Position numbers and translations under genes: made by a program
Shown: in pieces, positions 55,311 through 64,000 of the stretch
Position numbering within the stretch: the stretch's first letter is position 1
How the letters are laid out: each line of letters begins with the position of its first letter
The notes under the pieces: generated by a model
The model's input: the letters and a program-made list of their open reading frames with translations, nothing else
Database searches by the model: none
What the model was told of the DNA's origin: nothing
Assembly: GCF_009914755.1 (NCBI RefSeq)
Contig: NC_060933.1
From: the human T2T-CHM13v2.0 reference genome, Homo sapiens
DNA: 64,000 nucleotides
Strand: one strand, 5' to 3'

Positions 55311-55645
55311 AGTCATTTTGGGAATGATAATGAGAGTTGTCCAAATAGTGCTTCTGGTTCCAGCTCAATGAGGTTCAGGGTCCTTCTTAGGCAAATTTTC
55401 CGTAGTAAACTCCTATGGGGAGGAGAGAGCAGGATTCTCTGACCTTTGCTGTCACCTGTGCAGGACTCCCTCATGTGGCTGAGGCCCCTATTCCAGCCTT
55501 GTCTCAGGGAGGGGGTGATTTTGGCATGTGAGTACTGCTGTTATGTAACTTGGCTACGATTTTTTTCCTTCTGCGTTTTAAGTTAGTGCAAGCTATTGTG
55601 GCCTCAAGATTCTTTACACACAGCTGAGGCTGCAGAAAGTCACAT

Positions 55646-56160
55646 GCGTTAGTTAGAATGTAGGCTAAATGGCTGTCACAAAGACATGGAAGAATACAGT
55701 GGCTCAGAGGAGGCTGATTATTTCTCCTCACGGAACAGTCTAATTTCCCTGCAGGTCGGTAGCCCCAGGAAGGTAGGTGGCGCTGTTCCATAAACTCGTC
55801 TAGCCTCCTTCTGCTGTGCTACTCCAGTAGCCCCTAAGGTTGTCCTCTTCCTCATTCTTACATCTGCGTCCCAGCCCATGGGAAAGGCAAGCAGCTACTT
55901 TAAAAAGATGTGACCCAGAATTTGCACACATTACTCCTACTCATGTCCCTCTTCTTGGAAATCATCACTCAGTCACATGGCCCCCCTTGAGCTACGTGGG
56001 TGTCTGGGAAATACCATCTCCAGCCAGGCAGCCATCTTCCTTGCTTCTGTGTGTGTGTGTAATGGGGTGGGGGGTGGAGGTGGAGTTGTGTTCATTCTAT
56101 TGCCAGAAGGAAGGAGATTGGACCGGATAACAGAAGAAAATGAGCAGTGTCTGCCACAGC
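55646..56160 (-). mobile_element. MLT1J/K-like MaLR LTR
   Basis: TGCGTTAGTTAGAATG...GCTGTCACAAAG...CAGTGGCTCA...AGTCACATGGCC...GGGTGTCTGGGAAAT...TCTGCCACA. Confidence 0.6.
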
Positions 56161-57189
56161 ATACAAGCTTATTTCTAATCATCGCCTACTCATTACATGT
56201 GAGGGACACTGGAACCTTTCAGAATCTCAGTTTCATCATCTAGAAAACTGCACCTCACAGAGTTGTTGTTAATGGCAATCAAGATGAAGGGAGGGAAGGT
56301 GAGGGCCAGCTGGGTGCCCTGTTACCCCCTCACTCCACAGTCCCTCCTCTGCATAGCACAGAGGCCCCTAGCCAGACGCATACTCCACCAGAGAGCCACA
56401 GGCATCGTGTTGGAGGCTGGCCAACGCTTTGCCCAGTCCTGCCTCTGTTCCTGGAGCCCCTCTTTCCTTATCTTGATCCCCCCACTTCTCCCTCCCACAC
56501 CTCCCCAGTGAAGGGATTCTGCAGATTGATGGACTGTCATCTAGAAGGTGGAGGCAGACCTCAGATTCCTGAGTTCTTGAAGGAAAGGGATTAATGAGCC
56601 CTCAGAGTTGTCTCTGGGCTGGAGCTCATCTCAGTGCCTGCTCCAGCTGGGACGGCCCACCGCAGAGAGAAAGGCAGGCGGCTGCGAAGCTTTGGTCATG
56701 CTGCCCCATAGGTGACCTGTCAGGTTTTGTTTGTGATTGTTTGTGCCCAGTGGTGCAGGTCACACGCTGAGCTCCTCCCAGGAATTTGATTGTTTGCAGT
56801 TGTAAAGTGCAGGAGCTTGGATCTGTCCGAGCAGAGGGTTAAATCATAGAGTGTTTTACAAGAGCCGCTATAGGGAATGCCTTGTTTTCTCCTTATATGG
56901 CTATTTCTCTCAGTCCAGAATCCCAGGGTGTATTTTACGTGGTTGAAATACACAAATGGAGTAACAGTCTTAGCCAAACATGCTATGTGGCTTTAAAATT
57001 AACAAGCTTCTCTCTACTTCTGTACCCCAAACACACATTCACATGCATAGTTTCTGTTGAGACTCTGCAAAGATACTCTCTCTTTTTTTTTCAGCCAAAA
57101 ATATTTGATGGGGTGAATTTCTACAGTTCCCTTGCTTTATACATAAGAAATATTTCTTTTGAGGAGAGGTGTTTGCAAGCGTGTGGGTC

Positions 57190-57720
57190 AAATCTAAGCA
57201 TCAAGTTCTTAATGAGCAGCTACTGTGTGTGTAGCTAACTCTAGGGTATAAAGACAGAATTGGGTGCCCAACATTAAAATATGACAAGGAAAGATGTTTA
57301 ATGAAAGTTCAAGATGACACTGGGCAAAGTAGCAGAAGGCAGCACTAGGTGAGTAAGCACATGGGCTTCCTTTGCCACAGGGGCTCAGAGGAAGGAGAAA
57401 TCTGTTCAGATTGGTGTGTTCAGGACAGATTTCATGGAAGAAGTGGAGGTTTCAGCTAGTCGGATTTGGCCAACTAGGTCAGTGGGAGCAGGGAGGCATT
57501 TGGGAGCAGGGAAAAGGCCTGAGAGAAAATGCAGAGGAAATAAAATGAAGGAGCTTTTAGAAGACAGCAAATAATCTGGTGTCTAGAGCAAATGGCTCAT
57601 GCAGGAGAAAAGGAAGTTTAGGTGGGAAAGATAGACTGAGGCTGGGAATGTTCTGTAGAAGTCAGGCGAAGAAGCTGGGGTTTTTGTTTCATGGTAAAGG
57701 GAGGGCAATGAAGATTTTTT
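57190..57720 (-). mobile_element. L2 fragment
   Basis: TTAATGAGCAGCTACTGTGTG...TTCATGGAAGAAGTGGAG...GGAGGCATT...AAAGGCCTGAG reverse L2 pattern. Confidence 0.55.
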
Positions 57721-58659
57721 AGTACTTATTTTGATCTGAACCAGGTGTCTGAGGTTCAGGATTTCCAATAATTTATATTTCTGAAATGTTATTATTTTTT
57801 CTTTTAGCCTACCTTAGTGAATATCACTTAACCCAGAAAACTAGGATTGGATTAATTAAATATGATGTTTGGATATTGAAAATAAGAGGGCTTATCGAAA
57901 TTTCCTTATTGGTGATTTCGTAAATGAGAAATACAGAGTTTAATATTGAATATAGTTCTTGGCCACACCTTCTGGAACACAAATTATGAACTCAGGTTTT
58001 GCAGGGAAAAGTTGAATGACCAACCTTCATTCTTTGTGGGCACAGGAGGAAATTTTGGAGAAAAAATTTGGCATTGGATTCAGATCCAGAAACACCATAT
58101 TCTGAGCAAGTTTAGATGAAAATGTGCATTTTGGGGGCATTTTGGAGATAAAATCTGGTATGGGAATGATGTTCCCCAAAGCCCGCTTTCTGAGTCTCAT
58201 TCAATCTTCATTTTAGTTTTCTTTCAGAGATAAAGCTGAAATTATTGTGCATATTATAACTGCAAAGAAACTGCCAGGGAGTTTTAATGACTTTCCCAGA
58301 CTCAGTCAGCTAGTTCGTCGTGGAGCAAGACTCTTGCGAAGCTAGTGGTATCCAGGCAGCCTCTCTGGAATAGTAAGCTGGCAGTGGGCGGGCTCCAGTG
58401 GATTAGAGCGCAGACATATAGTCAAGGAGGCAACCAAATTAGACCAGAGAGCCTTTTGCAGCCAGGCAGGTGTGAGATGATAATAAGACAACTGGGAATG
58501 AGGCATGAAAGAGAAAGCCCTTATGAAGAGGATCATGAGGATTCTGGCCTGAGAGAAGAGGGCCCCATCAACCTAATAGGCAGCCTCTTGAGGCCAGGTG
58601 GCAGGGAGGGCTTCTGGGTAGGACCAGCTTCAGGAAAGACTCAATGATTGAAGGCGTTT

Positions 58660-58845
58660 TGCTCCCCAGGGACCTCGAGGAAATCACTTGATTTTTCTGA
58701 GCCTCAGCTTCTTCCTGTGCTAAATAAAGTGAATTATAACCCCTGAGGACAAAGTGTTAAGAGGATTAAATGAGAAGACTGGACAAAGCATCTAGCTCAG
58801 TCTCTGGGGCACATTTGAGTTCAATACAGATTTTTTGAATGAGTG
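58660..58845 (+). mobile_element. MIR
   Basis: AAATCACTTG...TCTGAGCCTCAGCTTC...GAGGATTAAATGAG...TCAATA. Confidence 0.65.
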
Positions 58846-61357
58846 CCATCAAGAACTGTCAAGCTAGCAATGATATGGGGACCTGCAGTTTCTCTAGGGG
58901 TGAGGGTGGTGATGGAGTTTATGTCCAGGAACAAAAGAGAGACTCTAAGGAAAAGTCTCTTGGAAAATAACTCTTTTTTTTGTTTTCATTTCTAATAGTT
59001 CATTAAAGAAGATGAGGGAAAATAAACACACATGTACACGCACACCAGATAAACTGAATGCTTCCTTCTGCTGGGGACACGCTGTAGGTGAGCAAGTGCA
59101 CCAAGGACAAGGCGGCCACTGGTAGGTGCCCTTTGTAGGCCTATCAAGGATCATTTGAGATGATGCTATTTTCCTGCTTTAAAATCTCCTTCTAAAATAT
59201 TTAGTGCTTGCAGTGGGGAGTGCCAGGCTTCCAGGTGGCTTGCCCAGGTATCAGATGAGTGTTAAGCCAGGAAAGTGTGATGAGCCCAAGTCAGCATTGA
59301 AATATGCAAGGTCCAAGGATGCTGAAGCCAGAGAGGTTGGGGAAAAAAAGCAGATATATATGGGTTCTATATAATTGTTCACTATCATAGTATATATTAT
59401 TTGCAAATGTTTATTGTAAAATCCATTGTGTAATACAACTCTTTCTTGCCTCTGGAGAGTAAAATTTTTATTATATATTTTTGTGTGTTAATGCCATTAG
59501 TGTATCCTTGTTCTTATATCTTGGATGACTGTTGTTAATTTATTATGACTATCATTTGTATTAGGGAGCTACATTACCAACATTTATTTGGGGTGTTGAA
59601 AAGTTATAGATAAATTAGTTTTGTAAGAAAACAGAATCTTGGGGATGAGTACTGAAACATGTAGAACCAGGCCAGTTATGAAGCAGATTTCGTAAAACCA
59701 TTCTCAGAAATAAAAATGTGTCCAAAAGCCCCACCACAATATTTGTTTTCCATGGTTCTTTTACACCTGCATGAAGTGGGCTCAGCACCAAAAGGGCCAC
59801 ATTTACCTGTGCCACTTCAAAGACCAAAGGGAATCCTTTTGAGGAGAGACTAGTAAGTCCCAGTGCTGGAGGAGATCTGTAGATATCAGATGTGGCTTTG
59901 TTCCTTACTACTTTCTTGGACCTTTTCCTACAATAGTGCTTGTGGAACCTAAGCTATCTGTCCATCTCATAGTAAATTTGAGAGAGATTTCAAAAAATCA
60001 AAGTACTGAATCTTACTACAGGGCCCTTAGGATGAGTCAAGATCTTGTTTGGGTTTCAAAGAAAAATTCAGTGCCCTGGCATCACAGATACGTCCATTTG
60101 AGTTGCAGTTACCCTTGTTCCAGGGTCTGGAATGCATGGTTAGCATAGGCAAACCTAGCCAAGGAGAGAGAGCTCAGCAGTCACCAGGGAAAACAGTGCC
60201 ATTCATTCTGAGAATGTGCAGAAACAGCATTTGATTGGGAAGAGGCCTTCGGTCATTTATCTCTCACTTTTAAAATGATGAGATCGATGTGTCTCCCCAA
60301 TGGGCTGTCCCCCTTCTATTCAGCAACAATACACTACTTCTTTTCAAAGAGAAATATGCTTCCAATAAGGGGGAAGGGAGGCTGGGGGTGGTAGTGAAGG
60401 GGATCAAGCAACTTTCATTGAAGGATTCATTTTTGATTTAAATATTTTGTTCTAATCTCCAACTTCCTTTTTAACTTGGCAGAATGACCAAAAGAAAAAC
60501 AATGTCCCTCCCTAGCCCAGTTTACAGCCTGTCAGAGGAGAGGATCCGGTTACTTCTTCCAAATTGTATACGTTGGGTTGTTTGATATACTAGGTTTTTT
60601 TTCTTTTTACATCCATTGCTCATATACATAGGGTTTTCTTTTAATGGCTTGTCAAAGTGGACTTTGGTGAAAAACCACAGGAGAAAAAAAAAGAATGAAA
60701 AATATAGATCAAATATAGCCAGCTATTTAATAATTTTTTTTTTTTTTTTGGTTCTTTGAGTATGTTGTGGAAGGAATTCTCTGCAAGTGATACATCCTGT
60801 AACTGTAGGCAGATGTAATCCCCTGGCCGTGACACAGGCAAAAATTTCCCTTCACATTGGAGACATTTGCAGCCATTTTGTTCCCTCCCACAAAGAGGAA
60901 GTGCACAGGGAGGAGGACGCTCTGGGCCTCATGCACTCCCTGCAATGCTCCAGAATTGTTTTTACAATTCCCATGATGCCCCATGAACTCTGCCTTGGAA
61001 GGGAAAGAAGCCCAGGGTATTGCAGCCTGGGGTTGGAATCTGGGCTGAATCTTCTCCAAAAGCCCTTTCTCCTTCTTGTTGCCAATTTGCCCCACTCCTT
61101 GCTTTGAGCTTGGCTTCAAACTCTTCTCAAGGACACATGCTGAGATTGATTCTGCCCAATCTGGTCTCTGCTCTTTTTAGCGTTACCTATAGTGTGTCTT
61201 AAGAGGTTACTGCTTGTCTTATATTCATTGGGACTTGTACCTTTGCTTTGTAAATATGTAAAAAGCATATTTTTTCCTTGTGGTGGAGAGTGCTTCTTCT
61301 AGTGGGTATAGGAATAAATTCCACCTTACTCAGACCAGAAATAGCCCAATGCAATTC

Positions 61358-61920
61358 TTGTTTGGGGGTCCCCAGAAGCACACCCTGAGACAATGATTTG
61401 AGTGCAGTGGCGCAATGGGGAGGAATCCCAGGAGATCCTAGGAGAGGAGTGGAGAAATGAGACAGGGAAGGGAAGGAGGCCACCAAAGGGAACCTCGTCA
61501 AGGTGGTGGCCACTGTGGACAACTGGATCTTAACACAGCCCAGGAGGCTTGTCAACCTCAGCACTGTTGACATTTTGAGCTGATGATTCCTTGTTATGGG
61601 GGCTGTCTTGTGAATTACAGGAGGCTTACAGCAGCCCTGACCTCTACCTGCTAGGTGCTGGTAGCACTCCCTCCTTCACGGCTTATTGTCATGGGTTGTA
61701 ACAATCAAGAATGTCTCCAGACATTGCCTAGTACTCCCAGGGGGACAAAACTCCCCATGGTTTAGAACCACAGGAGCCACAGCAACTCTGGCCATGGGTA
61801 GTCTGGCCACCATGCTCTGAGATGGTAAAGGCCATGGTGAGCCCTGGAGTGTCCACTGCATTCTCTTCTAGAGCCAGAGCAGCACTTGGGGAGGCTGAGG
61901 AGTGAATAGAACTGCCTGTC
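61358..61920 (-). mobile_element. LTR16-like ERVL LTR interrupted by MER20
   Basis: GGGTCCCCAGAAGCACACCCTGAGACAATGATTTGAGTGCA...GAGACAGGGAAGGGAAGGAGGCCA...CACTGTGGACAACTGGA. The right boundary is uncertain. Confidence 0.55.
61541..61772 (-). mobile_element. MER20 hAT-Charlie MITE
   Basis: TCAACCTCAGCACTGTTGACATTTTGAGC...AATGTCTCCAGACATTGCC...GGGGGACAAAACTCCCC...AGAACCAC. Confidence 0.85.
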
Positions 61921-62724
61921 ACTCAGCAGACAGCTGCTGGGATGAGGCAGGCCTACCTAACATAAAACCAATGAAAATATTTGTTTTTGGTGACTCTTTT
62001 CTAACTCTGCAAGCTCCCATTAACCTGGTGATCTCTCATCCTTCACCCCCATAAAATCCTCTCTAAGAAAAGGTTAGATAAACCCAGGCTCTACTTCCCT
62101 GGGATATACACATTCTCAGAGCCTGGAGAGAATATAAGCTAAAGGAAAACAACATTTCTTGAGCCTATTAGGAGGGAGGCAATTTCCTTATGGGCTATCT
62201 CATTAATTCCTCAAATCAGCCCTGTGACAGAAGTCTTATTAACCTATTTTACACACTGGTTAGGTCACTCCCATAGACACAGTTATTGAGGGCAAAGTCC
62301 AGATTTGAATTCAGCTCTCCTTGCATCTAATAAAGGGCATGGATTTTCTGTGTTCACTATGGGTTGGTGAGTGTGAGGGCAGAATGCTTTAGAAAGAGGA
62401 ATATTTTCAGGAGGCTCCAACACATGGATGGATGCTGAAGAAACCAACCGAGAAGTAAAATGGGGTCCGGAGTGTGGGAACTGAGGGTTTCAGAGGAGCA
62501 GGGTGCATTAGAGTAGGCAGTGGCTGCCAGGCTTTTTGAGGCCCAAACCAGAGACTTGGGTCTGCAGAGCTGTGATTGTGTTCCACCCAGAGCACCTGCA
62601 GGGCAATCTCTTTTCTTCCATGTGCCACTGATAGTATTTTGGAAAAGCTCTGGCAAAAGTTCTCAAAATAGCCAAATTCAGTGGACATATTTTTCCCTCA
62701 ACTAGACCTTGACATTTGACACAG

Positions 62725-63087
62725 TGATATGGTTTGGATCTGTGTCCCCACCCAAATCTCATCTTGAATTGTAGCTCCCATAATTCCCATGTGTTATGGG
62801 AGGGACCGGGTGGGAGATAATTGAATCATGGGGGTGGTTTCTCCCATACTGTCCTCATGGTAGTGAATAAGTCTCATGAGATCTGATGGTTTTATAAGGG
62901 GTTTCCCTTTCACTTGGCTCTCTCATTCTTGCTTGTGTGCTGCCATGTAAGATGTGCCTTTCACCTTCCACCATGATTATGAGGCCTCCCCAGCCACGTG
63001 GAGCTGTGAGTCCATTAAACCTTTTTCTTTACAAATTACTCAGCCTTGGGTATGTCTTTATCAGCAGCGTGAGAACAGACTAATACA
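62725..63087 (+). mobile_element. THE1 (THE1B/C) solo LTR
   Basis: TGATATGGTTTGG...CCCAAATCTCATCTTGAATTGTAGCTCCCATAATTCCC...CAGCAGCGTGAGAACAGACTAATACA. Exact 5-bp TSD CACAG at 62720-62724 and 63088-63092. Confidence 0.95.
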
Positions 63088-63094
63088 CACAGTA

Positions 63095-63860
63095 AACCAC
63101 TCCCTTCTGGAAATAACCTTCAGTCGTTCCCCAGGCATCTCACTCTCCTTCCCTCCCTTCACTCTGACCATTCCCCTCAAGTCCCCGTAGCTGGGTCTTC
63201 TCCTACTGCTTTCTAGTAAGCATGGACTCTAAGGACTGCATCCTTGGCCTACTTATTTCATCACTTACCACAGTTTCCCTGGGTGACCTCTTAAACTGCA
63301 GTATATTTAGTTCCTGAATTTAAGAATGGCAGCTTTCAAGTCTGATCTCCAGCTCAGACCCTTTAGGGTGGTGAGTGGGGGTGGCATTTTCATCCAAATG
63401 TCTTCTGGGTACCTTGAACTCAACATGTCCCAAACAGAACCCAGTAATCTCCCTCCAAGTGCCCTTAAATCTGTGCCCTCCCTGGTCTCTTTCCAGGTGA
63501 TGGTCCATCTATCTATGCAGCTGCCCAAGCCAGAAATCTGGGAGCGATCCTAACCACCTGCCTTTCACCCACCCCTGCCTAATAAGCCTCGTTCTACCTC
63601 CAGCATCTCCTAGGTCTGTGTCCTCTTCACTACCTCCTGCCACTACTTTAGTACAGGTGCCTTTGGGAGTCATTCCTCGATTATCACTGCAGCCTCCAGG
63701 TGGTCCCCCTGTCTCTAAAGCCCTCCTAATTTTCTACCTGTGGCCATTCTTTCTTAAAGATATATGACCATCACCAAATTCTATTTGAAGGTTTTTAAAA
63801 TCTCACAGTTTTCAGGATGAAATCCAGTAGTTTAGCCAGACACACAAAGTCCTTTGTTAC
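63095..63860 (+). mobile_element. L2 fragment
   Basis: ATCTCCAGCTCAGACC...GGTACCTTGAACTCAACATGTCCCAAACAGAAC...CCAAGCCAGAAATCTGGGAG. Confidence 0.7.
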
Positions 63861-64000
63861 CTGGGAAGTGGGTAAGAGTCAGGAGCACGTGGATTTGAAT
63901 CCTGGTACCTTGGGTAAATGACTAATCCTCTCTCAACGTCTGCTTCCTCAATTGTAGAATAGGGATCAACCACAGTATTCACGTAATCTATAAAAAGCAC

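Overview
Primate (very likely human) non-coding genomic DNA, roughly half interspersed repeats. I see no recognisable host protein-coding exon, RNA gene, CpG island or CRISPR array, and the recognisable long ORFs are transposon remnants. The dominant structures are: a full-length Tigger4 (Zombi) DNA transposon (3901-12813) split by a full-length, inactivated L1PA4/5-type LINE-1 (4637-10794); an ERVL 3' LTR with internal sequence carrying a dUTPase remnant; a Tigger3 MITE; a 5'-truncated inverted L1PA3-type copy (22630-24102) inside an older L1MB; Tigger1; and many Alu, MIR, L2, MaLR and hAT fragments, often nested and with readable target-site duplications (TSDs). I found no new gene system. 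The best unexplained signal is a 132-bp tract that is perfectly identical between the two otherwise about 7-11% divergent, inverted L1PA copies. It includes a shared frameshift and a shared substitution, which points to ectopic gene conversion across about 14 kb. Other notable items are a ~90-bp twin-primed L1 forming a 23-bp hairpin, a perfect 89-bp tandem duplication, a 17-bp perfect inverted homeodomain-type motif pair in apparently unique DNA, and a ~58-bp copy of nearby DNA at an ERVL truncation point. Subfamily names come from recalled consensus features, not from a database search.
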